Shown piece by piece: positions 20,364 to 33,491 of a DNA stretch of 64,000 bases (within the stretch, counting starts at the first letter, position 1; each line of letters starts with the position of its first letter). Origin of the DNA: Vicinamibacteria bacterium (GTDB lineage: Bacteria; Acidobacteriota; Vicinamibacteria; Marinacidobacterales; Marinacidobacteraceae). Location of the stretch: the NCBI GenBank assembly GCA_963422395.1, contig OY729431.1, positions 64,001 through 128,000 on the forward strand, read 5' to 3'. A program made the translations under genes and the position numbers. A model generated the notes under the pieces. It had not been told where the DNA came from and did no database searches. It was given only the letters and a program-made list of their open reading frames with translations.

Positions 20364-21095
20364 TCAGATCGGGCGCGGAATGATCCAGTGGCCGAAAATG
20401 AGGAACAGGATCAGAAAGGCAGACTGCATGGCGTGTTCCGCGCTCCCCCGCCGGTAGCTCCAGTAGAGCACGCCGGAACGGGTGTTCCGGCCGTCCAGCA
20501 CCGCCCGGGTATAGGCGATCCGCTGCACCGCGATCAGGTTGCCCCAAATGGCGAGCACGACGAGGGAGATGTGGACATTTCCGGACAGCAGTCCCAGGAT
20601 GACGGTCACGGCGCGTTCCGGCCGCTCCAGGAAGCCGATCGCACAGCTCGGAATCGTCTTTTCCGCCCGCGCCCGCGCGTAAGAGGTTCCGACGGTTCCC
20701 AAGGCACTGACGCACCAGAGCGCAAGCCAGATCGGGCGAGTCGAATCGTCGAAAAAATCGAGCAGGTAGAGGAGCAGCCCGAAGAGCAACAGCATGTCGG
20801 CGTACCGATCCACCACCGAGTCCAGGTATGCGCCGAACCGGGTCTCCCCTCCCGAGGCCCGAGCCACCGCGCCGTCGAGCGAGTCGAACGCCACCGCGAG
20901 CAGAACCACCCAGCCCGCGGTCCAGTGGTCGCCGCGGGCGAGCGGCCAGAACACGAACGCCATCGCCGCCGGGCCGGCGAGCGTCAGCGCATTCGGCGGC
21001 ACCCGCGCCCGTATGATCCCGCGCGCCATGCCGTCGCGGATCGAAGCGAGAACGGTTGCGGCGTGGCGGCCCACCGGCCGAAAGAACCGCTTCAC
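20364..21095 (-). CDS. CDP-alcohol phosphatidyltransferase (PgsA/PIP synthase-like)
   Basis: PNALTLAG; signature DSLDGAVAR...FGAYLDSVVDRYAD; SYARARAE; ERPER. Confidence 0.9.
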   Translation of the reverse strand: MKRFFRPVGRHAATVLASIRDGMARGIIRARVPPNALTLAGPAAMAFVFWPLARGDHWTAGWVVLLAVAFDSLDGAVARASGGETRFGAYLDSVVDRYADMLLLFGLLLYLLDFFDDSTRPIWLALWCVSALGTVGTSYARARAEKTIPSCAIGFLERPERAVTVILGLLSGNVHISLVVLAIWGNLIAVQRIAYTRAVLDGRNTRSGVLYWSYRRGSAEHAMQSAFLILFLIFGHWIIPRPI

Positions 21096-21263
21096 TGCGC
21101 TTCCCTCGCTGCGGCTGCAGCACCCGAAGACGAAAGGTAGGCGGCTTCTCCTGAAATGTCGGTCACGGGCCGCTCCAGCGGACCAGTCGGGAATGACACC
21201 CTGCCGCGCCGGCTCGATGGATAGCATACGCTCGAAGCGGCCGCCCGCTCCTCTCCGCGTCCG

Positions 21264-22220
21264 ATGAGCGGGCGGCCGCTGGTCATCGCCAACCCTGCGG
21301 CCCAGGGCGGCCGCGGCAAGGACCGCTGGCGCGCCGCCGCGGGAATGGTGGCCGATCGGCTCGGCGCGCACGATCTCGCTTGGACGAGCGCCCCCGGAGA
21401 CGCTACCCGGATCGCCCGCCGCGAGGGTTCTTCGCGTCCGCTGCTCATCGCCTTCGGCGGCGACGGGACCGCTTCCGAAGTGGCACGGGGCCTCCATCTC
21501 TCCGGCGGCGCCGCGGAGCTCGGATTGCTTCCCTGCGGCACCGGAAACGACTTCGCTGGCGATGCTGGCATTCCATCGCGACTGCCGGAGGCTGTCCGCT
21601 TCTTGTGCGGCACCCGCGGCCGGGCCACCGATCTGGGGCGGGTCGCGGGCGCAGGCGGCCTCTCCCGCACCTTTCTCAACAGTTTTTCGCTCGGCCTGGC
21701 CGCCTCGGTCGTCGCTCGGGTAGCGGAGAACGGGAGCCGGCTGGGGCGGGCCGCCTACGCCGCCGCCGCCGCCCGCGAGATCATCACCTTCACTCCGAGC
21801 ACTCTCCGGGTGGGTCTCGATGGGGCTCCAGCGCGGCCTCAGGTGCTGCTGAACCTCACCGTGCTGAACTCACGGCGTTTCGGGGGCGGAATCCGGCTCG
21901 CGCCGCCCGCGGACCCCGGCGACGGACGCCTCGACGCGGTTCTGATCGGGCCGCTCGGCCCGCTGGCGCTTTTCGATGCGATCCTCCGGCTCCCCCGGGG
22001 CGATCTCTTCGGACGAAGGGAGATCGAGCACCGGCAGATCCAGCGCGCGGTCCTCGAGCCGCTCCGCGAATCCGGCGCCGAGGCGCCACCCGCCCCGATG
22101 GAACTCGACGGCGAAACCTTCCGCTGCCGGGGTGCGATCGAAGTTTCGGTGGTTCCCGACGCGATCCTCGTCAGAAGAGCCCCCGGTCCCGGAGCCAGCG
22201 CACCGTCTCGAGCAGGGTGA
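21264..22220 (+). CDS. Diacylglycerol/lipid kinase family protein (YegS/DgkB-like)
   Basis: IANPAAQGG, FGGDGT, PCGTGNDFA, FGGGI, DGRLD, ELDGE. Confidence 0.9.
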   Translation: MSGRPLVIANPAAQGGRGKDRWRAAAGMVADRLGAHDLAWTSAPGDATRIARREGSSRPLLIAFGGDGTASEVARGLHLSGGAAELGLLPCGTGNDFAGDAGIPSRLPEAVRFLCGTRGRATDLGRVAGAGGLSRTFLNSFSLGLAASVVARVAENGSRLGRAAYAAAAAREIITFTPSTLRVGLDGAPARPQVLLNLTVLNSRRFGGGIRLAPPADPGDGRLDAVLIGPLGPLALFDAILRLPRGDLFGRREIEHRQIQRAVLEPLRESGAEAPPAPMELDGETFRCRGAIEVSVVPDAILVRRAPGPGASAPSRAG

Positions 22221-23217
22221 CCCGCGCCTCGCGGGGTGCGTGCCCCAGTTCGCGGGCCGCCTTGTCGGAACGGAAATACCAATAGCAGCCCGCCATCTCG
22301 CGACTGATTCGGTCCACCGCGGGCTCGCGCCCGAGCTGGCGCGCCAGCTCCTCACCGAACAGCGCGCCCGCGGTGTAGAGCCCCCGCGGGAGGCGAAACC
22401 GAGACGGCCGGACGCCGGAGATCTCGCCGAGCTGGGCGAAGAACTCGGCGAAGCTCCAGTTGTGGCCGCCGAGCAGGTAACGCTCACCGGCACGGCCCCG
22501 GGACATCGCCGCCGAGGTACCGGCGGCGGCATCCCGCACATCCACGAAGTTGAGCCCTCCGGGAGGGATCACCTGGACCTGGCCGGAGAGGAAACGGAGC
22601 ACATCGCCGGTCGAGGACAACCGCTCGTCGCCCGGTCCGAGAAGCAGGGAGGGGTTCACGATCACGACCTCGAAATCGCTGGCAGCTTCCAGCAGCGCCG
22701 CTTCCTGGAGCCACTTGCTGCGGTAGTAGGGCCAGCCGCCGATCCGCTCGATGGGCGTCCCCGCGGTCTCGTCGCAATCCGGCTCCGGCTCGGAGCTGAC
22801 CGCGATCGTCCCGCTCGTGGAAACCAGCACGATCCGCTCGACTCCCTCTCGCCGGGCTACCGCCGCGAGCCGCCGGGTTCCCTCCCCATGGAGGCGCTGG
22901 AGCTCCGAGGCCGCTTCCGGATCGCGGGAGACCCGCCCGGCGAGGTGGAAGACCCGGCGGACGCCGGAAAGGGCCTCACGAAGCGCGCCCTCCGATTCGA
23001 CCTCTCCTCGCACCAGTTCCACCCCCTGCTCCGCGAGAGCGGGAGCCTCTCGGCGCACCAGCGCCCGGACCGGAGTCCCGGCGGCGAGAAGCAGCGGAAG
23101 GAGGTGGCCGCCCAGGAAGCCGGTCGCCCCGGTCACCAGCACCGGGGCGGCAGCGGAGTCCCCTGTCGGGAGATCTTCTGCCGGGGAGCCGGTTTCGGGG
23201 GGATTCGCTTCGGACAC
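22171..23217 (-). CDS. elbE: NAD-dependent epimerase/dehydratase (ElbE-like)
   Basis: VLVTGATGFLG, YYRSK, NPSLLLGPGD, NFVDVRD; directly downstream of elbD. Confidence 0.75.
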   Translation of the reverse strand: MSEANPPETGSPAEDLPTGDSAAAPVLVTGATGFLGGHLLPLLLAAGTPVRALVRREAPALAEQGVELVRGEVESEGALREALSGVRRVFHLAGRVSRDPEAASELQRLHGEGTRRLAAVARREGVERIVLVSTSGTIAVSSEPEPDCDETAGTPIERIGGWPYYRSKWLQEAALLEAASDFEVVIVNPSLLLGPGDERLSSTGDVLRFLSGQVQVIPPGGLNFVDVRDAAAGTSAAMSRGRAGERYLLGGHNWSFAEFFAQLGEISGVRPSRFRLPRGLYTAGALFGEELARQLGREPAVDRISREMAGCYWYFRSDKAARELGHAPREARVTLLETVRWLRDRGLF

Positions 23218-23251
23218 CGGGAGAACCTTGCCAGTTTCGATTCGGGGGAGA

Positions 23252-26200
23252 TCAGCCCGCGGGTGCGCCCACCGGAGCCTCGTCCGCGTCCGGAGTCGCG
23301 CCGGGAGTTTCCGCCGCGTCAGCCGCCCGAACGGCGCCCCGCGCGAGGCGGGCCGCTTCCTCTTCGAGATGGATCGGCTCCTGCCGGCCCAGCTTCGTCA
23401 CGATCCGCTGCACGAGCGTCGCCACCCCCCGCTCGCGCGCCGCGCCCCCGAGTTCCCTGCCGGCGCAGCGGGTCAGGAACTCGTGCGGCAGGAAGGGGCC
23501 GATCCGCGCCGCCACCGAGCGCGAGCGAAGGCCCACCGCCCCCGGCGGAAAGGCCTGCCAGGTGTCCAGGTGCATCGGCAGTACGCCGACCCGGCAGCGG
23601 AACGCGAGATGCGCGAAGCCGCGCCGGAATTCCTGGATCCGGCCGCTGCGCGAGCGCGTTCCTTCGGGAAAGACGAGCACGCTGTAGCCGCGCTCGAGGT
23701 GCCCCGCAGCCAGATCCAGCGATTCGCGGAGAGAACCGCGGCGCTGCATGGGAACGACATTCGTGAAGTTGCCGAAGAAAGTGCGCTTGATCCGGTTGTC
23801 GAAGAAGTAGTCCGCCGCGGCCAGCACCACCAGGTTCGACCCGGCGTCGCCGAGCGCCATCTTCGCAAGCCCCATGTCGAGGTGGGAAGCGTGGTTCGCC
23901 ACCACCAGGTAATGGGTATGCGTCGGGATGTAGGCCCGGCCGGTGAAGGTGGACTGGAGAAAGTGGTGGTAGAACCAGCGCTGAACCTCGGTGAGCCCGA
24001 GGCGGCCCATCCGGGCCACGACCGACGGAATCGGAATCTCGTCTTCCGGAGATTTCCTGCGCGCTGCCCGCGCCGCGCCGGGCCGACGCGGAGGAGACCG
24101 TCCCGGCGTCGGCCGACCGGCGGTTCCGAGCGCCAGCGCCAGTTCCTCGAGCTTCGTCATCCGGGCGAGTGCATCGGCACCCACCGCCTCACCGAACTCG
24201 CTGCCGAACTCGCTCTCGAGCACCGCCGCCAGTTCGTTGTACATCAGGCTGTCGAAACCGAGTTCGGCGAACGAGGAAGCGAGGGTGACCCCGGACGCCG
24301 GGCGTTCGCAGATGGAGGCGACGATCTCGACGATCCGGCTGCCGGAGACCGCATCCGCGGCCGCGGCGGCGGCCGCGGTCCGGCGACGATCGACCAGCCA
24401 GCGCGCGACCTCGGCGCGCTTCACTTTGCGGGTCGCGGTTCGGGGCAGCGGTTCGGTGCGGAAATCCACCGTCTTGACCCGTTTGTGGAGCGGGAGGTCT
24501 CGGGCGACGGAGTGGAAATGAGCCTCGATCTCCTGCCGACCCGGCCCGTCGTTCTCCTTGGGCACCACGACTGCGGCCACCTGTTCCGCTGCCCCGTCGG
24601 GGAGGCCCACCACACAGAACTCGGCGATCCGCTCGGGCGCGGCGTAGATCTCCTCGACTTCGTCGGGGTAGATGTTCTTGCCGCCGCTGTCCACGATCAC
24701 ATCCTTGCGGCGGCCGACCAGGAAAAGATGGCCGCCTTCGTCGAGCCGGCCGAGGTCGCCGGTGCAGAGCCAGCCGGCTCGCAGCGACTCGGTGGTGGCC
24801 TCCTCGTTGCCGTAGTAGCCGGCCATGATGTTCGCCCCCTTCGCCACGACCTCGCCGACCCCGGAGGCGTCCGGATCGGCGATGCGCAACTCGACCCCGG
24901 GCAGGGCCTTGCCGACGCTCCCGATCGGCACCCGGCCCTCGGGCGGAGTCACGGTGAGCACCGGGGCGGCTTCGGTCAGGCCGTATCCCTGCGCGATGTG
25001 GAATCCGAGACCGCGGAAGGTCTTCCAGGTGGTTTCGGACAACGCCGAGGCGCCGCTGATCAGATAGCGGATTTTGCCGCCCAGGGCGGTATGTACCGGA
25101 AGAAACACCGCGGGACCGATATTCACTCCGGTGTCCTCGCGCAGCAGGTAGGCCGCATCGATCAGCGCGGTCACCAGATCCTCGATGCGGGACGAACGCT
25201 CGGCGAAGGGGGCGAGGATCCGCCGCCGGAGCAGATCCCAGAGCGCGGGAACCCCGACGATGCAGGTCGTGTTCCCCTTGCGCAGCTCCCGGTTCAGGGA
25301 ATCGGGGCTGATCTCGTCCAGATAGGCGATCTGCGCGCCCCGCGACAGCGGCAGCAGGAAGCCGGTGGTGAACTCGAAGGAATGGTGGAGCGGGAGAACA
25401 CTGAGCGCTCCGTCCTTTTCGGTGATGTCGTAGATCGAGAGCAGCTTGGCCACCAGGCTGGTGAAGTTCCGCTGGGTGAGCATCACGCCCTTCGGGGCGC
25501 CGGTGGTGCCCGAGGTGAACAGGATCGAGGCCAGCGCGCCGGGGGCCGGAGGGCTCGGGAGCGCGCGGACCCGGCGCGCTTCTTCCGCCTCGTCGCCCAC
25601 CCGAAACACTTCCCGGAAAGGATGGAGCGAAAACGGAAGCGGCTCCCCGCCTCCCTCATCGGCGAGCCCTCGGCGATGGCGCTCGTCGAGCGAATCGTCC
25701 AGCAGCAGCGCCTTCGCATCTCCGAGCCGCAGCAGGCGCGCGATTTCCGGAGGGCGCAGATCGCGTTCGAGCGGGATCGCGACAGCGCCGATCCGCTGGA
25801 TGGCGAAATAGGCCATCCCCCATTCCGGCGCGTTGTCCCCGATCAGCCCCAGATGGTCTCCGGGGCCGAAACCCTGCGCCGTCAGATAGGCCGCCCCGCG
25901 CAGCACGCACTCGCGCAGGTCGGCGTAGGTGTAGCGCTCCTCCCTGCCGCCGCGGGTGATTCGGAGCGCTATCCGTCCGGCGTGGTTCTTGGTGCAAGCC
26001 TCGAACATCTCGACGAGATTTCGATGGATGTAGGTCCGGCGCGGCCGTTGCCGCTCCTGATCGTCGAGGGTCGGGAACACCCAGCGCTCGAGGCCGGGCA
26101 GATGCACATGCAGCCAGTAGTCGTACCAGTCGATTTCCTCGGGATCGAAGAAGAGCTTGCCGTCGTTGCCGTCGAGCCTCTGGAAGAGATCCCGCGTGTG

Positions 26201-27703
26201 GTCAGCGCGAAAGAGGAACTTCTCGCCGGCGATGAACGGTTTGAAGGTGTGGTACTGCCGCTCGCCCTGCAGCACGAACCCCTCGAACGACTCGATGTTC
26301 CGGCGCAGGCTCTCCACCACCCCGACCAGCGGCCCGAGGGGTTCTTCCTCCGCACGGCGCAGAATTTCCGAGAGCCCGGTCGTCGAGCGCCGCATCCACG
26401 GCAGGGTGTACTTCTCGAAACGGTCGGCTCGCACCGACTGCGTCTCCATCCGCCCGAGCGCCTCGTTCCAGAGCTTCATCCCGGTCGGCTTGTCGCGGAA
26501 GTGCCGGCGCTTGTAGATCCCCACCAGGTCCACCAACCGTCCTACCCGCACCGGATTCCGATCGCCTCCCGCCACCTGATAGACCAACCGCGGCTCGGAG
26601 ACGATGGTCTCGGCCGCGACGGCGAGGGTGGCCGAAGCGACCATGTCCACCGGAACCACATCGAGGATCACCTCCGGGTCCACCGGGAACAGGTTCTGAC
26701 CTCGGAGCGCCATCCGCACCAGCGGCGCGCTGGTGGTGAATCCTTCGTTCCAGCCGGGATGAGGAAACGAAATCGCGCTCTCCACGACCGCAGGCCGGAC
26801 GATGGCACGCGCCATGCCCTCTTCGCGGGCGACGAGCTGGTCGCCGAGGCTCTTCGTATAGGTGTAGATGTTGGGCCAGCCCCATCCCTGGGCCTTCTCG
26901 ATTCCGAGGTCGCGGAGGCGGCTGCGGATCCACTCCTTCCGCTCGCGGGCGATGGCGAGCGAAAGCTGGCGCTCGTCGTCGGGATCGCGGCCCTCGGCAG
27001 TGAAGCGCCGCCGCGCCGCCTCTCGGAACCCGTCCACCCGCGATTTGTCCTCGGCCTCGTCGCGGACCCGCGCCGCCAGCCGGTCGCAGTCTTCGATCTC
27101 CCGATCCACTCGGAATTCCTGATCCTCGCGGCCGCGGCGCGGGAAGTAGCCGAGGAGCGGTTCGTCCTCGCGGATCTCTCCCGAGCGGTTCCCGGCGACG
27201 AAACAGGTGCTGATGTGCACGAGCGCCGGGCGCCGCATCCGGCGGGCGAAGGCGATGGTGTTCCGGGTGCCGTACACATTCGTGGCGATGGCGGCTTCGA
27301 GGGGCGGATTGAAGGTCACCCGGCCGGAACAGTTGAGAACGAGGTCGATATCCGCGGCCACCCGCGCCGCCAGCTCTTCGCGATAGCCGAGGTCGTCGCT
27401 CGTGATGTCGCCGCCGAGCACGACGATCTTCTCCTCGAGGAACGCGTCGAGGCAGCCCCCGTGACGCTCCCGGAGCGGCCCGAAGGCCGGAGAGTTCTCC
27501 ATCAGATCGTCGAAGCGGGCGCGGCTCTCCGCCTCGCCGGCGGCGCGGACCATCAGGTACACCCGGCGGATGTCGGGGAAATGTTCCAGCAGCATCCCGA
27601 GACAGACCTTGCCCAGAAAACCAGTGCCGCCGAGCAGGAGGATTCCTCGCCCGGCGAACGCCTCGTCGAGGGGAATCCGCGGCCGCGGCGCCTCGCTAGC
27701 CAC
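23252..27703 (-). CDS. elbD: Multifunctional fatty acyl reductase / acyl-AMP ligase / ACP / acyltransferase (ether-lipid biosynthesis ElbD-like)
   Basis: FAR: GGTGFLGKV, WPNIYTYTK; adenylation: FTSGTTGAPKG, GYGLTE, TGDLG; ACP: ELGFDSL; acyltransferase: NHASHLD, FPEGTRS. Confidence 0.88.
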   Translation of the reverse strand: MASEAPRPRIPLDEAFAGRGILLLGGTGFLGKVCLGMLLEHFPDIRRVYLMVRAAGEAESRARFDDLMENSPAFGPLRERHGGCLDAFLEEKIVVLGGDITSDDLGYREELAARVAADIDLVLNCSGRVTFNPPLEAAIATNVYGTRNTIAFARRMRRPALVHISTCFVAGNRSGEIREDEPLLGYFPRRGREDQEFRVDREIEDCDRLAARVRDEAEDKSRVDGFREAARRRFTAEGRDPDDERQLSLAIARERKEWIRSRLRDLGIEKAQGWGWPNIYTYTKSLGDQLVAREEGMARAIVRPAVVESAISFPHPGWNEGFTTSAPLVRMALRGQNLFPVDPEVILDVVPVDMVASATLAVAAETIVSEPRLVYQVAGGDRNPVRVGRLVDLVGIYKRRHFRDKPTGMKLWNEALGRMETQSVRADRFEKYTLPWMRRSTTGLSEILRRAEEEPLGPLVGVVESLRRNIESFEGFVLQGERQYHTFKPFIAGEKFLFRADHTRDLFQRLDGNDGKLFFDPEEIDWYDYWLHVHLPGLERWVFPTLDDQERQRPRRTYIHRNLVEMFEACTKNHAGRIALRITRGGREERYTYADLRECVLRGAAYLTAQGFGPGDHLGLIGDNAPEWGMAYFAIQRIGAVAIPLERDLRPPEIARLLRLGDAKALLLDDSLDERHRRGLADEGGGEPLPFSLHPFREVFRVGDEAEEARRVRALPSPPAPGALASILFTSGTTGAPKGVMLTQRNFTSLVAKLLSIYDITEKDGALSVLPLHHSFEFTTGFLLPLSRGAQIAYLDEISPDSLNRELRKGNTTCIVGVPALWDLLRRRILAPFAERSSRIEDLVTALIDAAYLLREDTGVNIGPAVFLPVHTALGGKIRYLISGASALSETTWKTFRGLGFHIAQGYGLTEAAPVLTVTPPEGRVPIGSVGKALPGVELRIADPDASGVGEVVAKGANIMAGYYGNEEATTESLRAGWLCTGDLGRLDEGGHLFLVGRRKDVIVDSGGKNIYPDEVEEIYAAPERIAEFCVVGLPDGAAEQVAAVVVPKENDGPGRQEIEAHFHSVARDLPLHKRVKTVDFRTEPLPRTATRKVKRAEVARWLVDRRRTAAAAAAADAVSGSRIVEIVASICERPASGVTLASSFAELGFDSLMYNELAAVLESEFGSEFGEAVGADALARMTKLEELALALGTAGRPTPGRSPPRRPGAARAARRKSPEDEIPIPSVVARMGRLGLTEVQRWFYHHFLQSTFTGRAYIPTHTHYLVVANHASHLDMGLAKMALGDAGSNLVVLAAADYFFDNRIKRTFFGNFTNVVPMQRRGSLRESLDLAAGHLERGYSVLVFPEGTRSRSGRIQEFRRGFAHLAFRCRVGVLPMHLDTWQAFPPGAVGLRSRSVAARIGPFLPHEFLTRCAGRELGGAARERGVATLVQRIVTKLGRQEPIHLEEEAARLARGAVRAADAAETPGATPDADEAPVGAPAG

Positions 27704-27708
27704 CGGAA

Positions 27709-29307
27709 TCAGAAGACCTCGGGAATCATGATCGGCGGCACATGGAGCATGGTGATCTCCGCTGCCGGACCGAGCCCGCTCCGGGCCATGGAGATCGCCT
27801 CGGTGACCGTCTCGGCCGACTCCCATCCCAGGATCTCGGGCACATGCTGGTTCTTCGCGCCGGCCACGATGATCCGGCCCGCATGCTGTCTCCCGTTCTC
27901 TCCCCAGTACCACATGAAGAACGGATGGGCTCCGTGGTACGCGTTGCCGTCCCGGTACATCTGGACATAGGAAGGATTCGCCGCGAACTCTTCCTCGTAC
28001 TTCGTCCGCAGCACGAACGGATCGCGGCTCTCGGGGAGCAGCCGGTGGAAGAACTCGATGTAGCTCGGGTGGAAGCGCGCGTCGAACTCGTCCCGACAGG
28101 GATGCGCGAGAACCAGCGTGCCGCCCTTCCGCAGAAGCGGCTTGCCCCGATACAGGTTGAACAGGTAGCCGGGCCCCATCACCTGCACCAGCAGCGGGTT
28201 CAGGATCGAGTTCACATTGTAGGGAGAGATGTAGGGGATCCCGCAGAGCAGGATGTCGCACTGCCCCTTCACCGGGACCGAGTACTGTTCGAAGGAGCGC
28301 TTCAGAGTGCGTTCGTGGACGGGTTCGGTGCGGCCCGCGTAACAGCCGATCAGCTCGAAGGCGCCGGGGATCCGGTGGAGGAATTTGCGCTTGGCGGCAC
28401 CCGGCAGCCGGCCGAGCGACCACCGCGTCGCAGACATCTTGATCCGGTCGAGTTCGCTGAACTCGTCCTCGTTCCGGGCGAGGAAAGAGAGCGGATCGGC
28501 GTACATGCGGTTGTTGAGGACGGTCTCCACATGGAACACCTTCAGGTGCTGGTCCACGATCTTGCCCATCCGGTCCACCTTGTGGCTCAGCGCGGAACGG
28601 GCGGGGTCCATGTACCCGTCGGAGTCGCGGATCGTCTGCGGCTCATGGTGGGGCCGGAGGCTCTGGTAGTCGCAAAGACCCACGGTCACCGACTTGTGGC
28701 CGCCGTCCATAGGTACGAGGTTGATGTTCAGGTAGATGACGAGGTCGCTTTCCGCCGCCCGGCGGTTCACTCGGACCGGCTCCTGGTGGCGGGTCTCCCC
28801 GAGCGCCACGATTCCGTGGGGGTCTTCGGCGTCGTGGTTGTAATAGCGCGCGGGGTAGAACGCCCGGTGGATTTCGGCGCCGACCATGCGCCGCATCTCC
28901 GGCTCGGTCATCTTCCGGTGGAGAGAGTTCGCGATCACGAGGTGGACATCGTCCACTCCGTGGTCGCCGAGCATCTCCAGCACCACCTCGAGGGCGGTCT
29001 GCCGGATGTCGGGAGTCGCCATGGGGGGGAGCGGCAGGCTGATGTCGTCGAGGGCGATGGTCACCCGCATCCCGGAGCGCAGCTGGGCGTGGAGCGGATC
29101 ACAGCCGAACGGATGGTTCAGCGCGTGCCGGATCGCACCGCGCGGGTTCGGCAGGCCCCGGATCGGCGGGGGGGGATAGATCACTCGGGTGCCGACCGGG
29201 AGGTGTTCTTCGAGAAAGTCTTCCCCGAAGTGCAGGACCCTCGCCGCCGAATCCTTCTCGATGAAGACGATGTCGGGATCGGTCTTGTAGCGTAGGGAGG
29301 GAGTCAT
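27709..29307 (-). CDS. elbC: LarA/DUF2088-domain protein (ElbC-like)
   Basis: [33 protein letters not shown]; sits between the HAD gene and elbD. Confidence 0.75.
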   Translation of the reverse strand: MTPSLRYKTDPDIVFIEKDSAARVLHFGEDFLEEHLPVGTRVIYPPPPIRGLPNPRGAIRHALNHPFGCDPLHAQLRSGMRVTIALDDISLPLPPMATPDIRQTALEVVLEMLGDHGVDDVHLVIANSLHRKMTEPEMRRMVGAEIHRAFYPARYYNHDAEDPHGIVALGETRHQEPVRVNRRAAESDLVIYLNINLVPMDGGHKSVTVGLCDYQSLRPHHEPQTIRDSDGYMDPARSALSHKVDRMGKIVDQHLKVFHVETVLNNRMYADPLSFLARNEDEFSELDRIKMSATRWSLGRLPGAAKRKFLHRIPGAFELIGCYAGRTEPVHERTLKRSFEQYSVPVKGQCDILLCGIPYISPYNVNSILNPLLVQVMGPGYLFNLYRGKPLLRKGGTLVLAHPCRDEFDARFHPSYIEFFHRLLPESRDPFVLRTKYEEEFAANPSYVQMYRDGNAYHGAHPFFMWYWGENGRQHAGRIIVAGAKNQHVPEILGWESAETVTEAISMARSGLGPAAEITMLHVPPIMIPEVF

Positions 29308-30059
29308 CCGGGGAGTTCCTTCGGTAAAGGCGGCCGAGCCGCCGGCGAGGGGGCCTGCCGGTCGAGGCCCCGGCTCAGATCGATGACCGGCCAGTCGTTG
29401 CGCCGGGCAGTGCTCTTGAGGCGGAGCTCGGGATTCGCGGCGGTCGGATGACCGACGACGCTGAGCATGGGGAGATCCGACATGCTGTCGGCATAGGCAT
29501 AACTGTCGTTCAGGGACAGCCCTTCGCGCTCGGCGTACTCCCGGATCCAGAGTGCCTTGCTCGCGCTGGCCAGCACCGGGGGAGACAGCCGCCCCGTCGC
29601 CCGCCCCTCGACGAATTCCAGCCGGTTCGCGGCGTACTCGGTGATCCCGAGTTCTTCGAGAAGGGGGCGGATGGACACCTCCAGGGCGCCGGTGACCACC
29701 ACTTGGCGCAGGCCGCTCCGCCGGGACTGCTCGATGAGCGCCCGGGTTCCCGGAAAGATCCCCGGACGGATCACCGTCCGATGCAGCTCGTCGGCGAGAA
29801 AGCGAAGCCGGTCGTACGACTGGCCACGGTACCACTTGAAGAAGAGGTCGTTGAACAGCTTCCGATTGTAGAAGTCCGTCGCCAGAAAGAGCGGAATCCC
29901 GGCCACGGTGGCCGCCATCGACTGGAAGCTGCGGAAGAGGCCCTGGTCGTTCCGGGCGTAATACCCCAGGACATGGACGAGATTCGTGCGGATCAGCGTT
30001 CCGTCGAGATCGTAGAACGCCGCCGCCTTTCGGCCGGCAGCGGGTTCATCCGGGGCCAT
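29304..30059 (-). CDS. elbB: HAD-IB family hydrolase (ElbB-like)
   Basis: [31 protein letters not shown]; ATGA-coupled to the next gene. Confidence 0.8.
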   Translation of the reverse strand: MAPDEPAAGRKAAAFYDLDGTLIRTNLVHVLGYYARNDQGLFRSFQSMAATVAGIPLFLATDFYNRKLFNDLFFKWYRGQSYDRLRFLADELHRTVIRPGIFPGTRALIEQSRRSGLRQVVVTGALEVSIRPLLEELGITEYAANRLEFVEGRATGRLSPPVLASASKALWIREYAEREGLSLNDSYAYADSMSDLPMLSVVGHPTAANPELRLKSTARRNDWPVIDLSRGLDRQAPSPAARPPLPKELPG

Positions 30060-30234
30060 CCGGTGATTATCCCCGCTGGACGGCGGGGACCGGGGTCCGG
30101 CGCGGCGGGGACGGCCTCCCCCGGCGATGCCGGGGTCCGGCGGCGCGCTTCCTGATCTACCATCCACGCCTCCCCGGCGGCCGAATCGGAGAGACCCTCC
30201 CGGACTCCAGGCGCCAGCAGCGAACCATCCCTCC

Positions 30235-31290
30235 GTGATCCAGCCACCGCTCCCCGCCGCCGCCGCGGTCCGCCGGGTCGCGATCACCTCGGTCGGGGCC
30301 GCACTCCCCGACCGGGTCCTCTCGAACGCCGACTTCGAACGGATGGTGGACACCTCGGACCGCTGGATCGTCGATCGCACCGGCATCCACGAGCGGCGGG
30401 TGGTGGAGAGCGGGACCGGCTGCTCCTTCCTCGCCGCGCGCGCCGCCCGGGACGCGCTTGCCCGGCGCGGCATCGAGGCGGACGACCTGGATCTGATCGT
30501 AGTGGCCACCGTGACCCCGGACATGAGCTTTCCGGCGACCGCGTGTCTGGTCCAGGACGAAATCGGTGCCCGGAACGCCTGGGGCTTCGACCTGTCGGCG
30601 GCCTGCAGCGGCTTCAACTTCGCGCTCGCCACCGCCACCCAGTTCGTCGCGAGCGGCGCCGCCGACAAGGTGATGGTGATCGGCGCCGATGTGATGAGTT
30701 CCATCACCGACTACGAGGACCGCACCACCTGCATTCTCTTCGGCGACGCCGCCGGTGCGGTGCTGCTCGAAGCCGCCGCCGGCGATGAGGGAATTCTCGG
30801 TTTTCGGAATCTGGTGGACGGCTCCGGGCGGGATCTGCTCAACATGCCCGCCGGGGGGAGTCTGCGGCCGCCGTCGCACGAGACGGTGGACCGACGGGAG
30901 CATTTCGTCAGACAGCAGGGGCAGGCGGTCTTCCGCTTCGCCGTGCGGAGCTCCACCGACGCGGCGGTGGATTTGCTGGCCGAGCTCGGAATTCCGCGTG
31001 AAGAGGTCGCCTTCCTGATCTGCCACCAGGCGAACGCCCGGATCATCGACGCGATCGCCAAACGGCTCCGGATGCCTCCCGAGCGGGTGGTGAAGACGAT
31101 CCACAAGTACGGCAACACCACCGCAGCCTCCATCCCCACCGCGCTGCGCGACGCTCTCGACCGCTCGCTCGTCGCGCCCGGCGATGTGCTGCTGTTCAGT
31201 TCCGTGGGAGCCGGGCTGACGGTGGGCACTGCCGTGGTCCGTTGGGGAGGGGAGCGGCTCGCCCGACCGGCGGAGGCCGACTCCGCCTGA
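30235..31290 (+). CDS. fabH: 3-oxoacyl-ACP synthase III (alternative start 30127)
   Basis: [34 protein letters not shown] (Cys-His-Asn triad). Confidence 0.93.
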   Translation: MIQPPLPAAAAVRRVAITSVGAALPDRVLSNADFERMVDTSDRWIVDRTGIHERRVVESGTGCSFLAARAARDALARRGIEADDLDLIVVATVTPDMSFPATACLVQDEIGARNAWGFDLSAACSGFNFALATATQFVASGAADKVMVIGADVMSSITDYEDRTTCILFGDAAGAVLLEAAAGDEGILGFRNLVDGSGRDLLNMPAGGSLRPPSHETVDRREHFVRQQGQAVFRFAVRSSTDAAVDLLAELGIPREEVAFLICHQANARIIDAIAKRLRMPPERVVKTIHKYGNTTAASIPTALRDALDRSLVAPGDVLLFSSVGAGLTVGTAVVRWGGERLARPAEADSA

Positions 31291-31343
31291 CGGCCCTGAC
31301 CGAAACGGTCCCGACCGGCGGGCCGCGGGGCGGCGACCCGACG

Positions 31344-33455
<2,112 letters not shown>

Positions 33456-33491
33456 GACGCCGCCGGCTTCCCTCCCGCCCGCCGGCTGTGG

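Noticed and set aside
22751-27970. 1739-aa ORF on the + strand
   Set aside because: Antisense shadow of elbD in high-GC DNA with no motifs; the same applies to the many other long overlapping ORFs in the track
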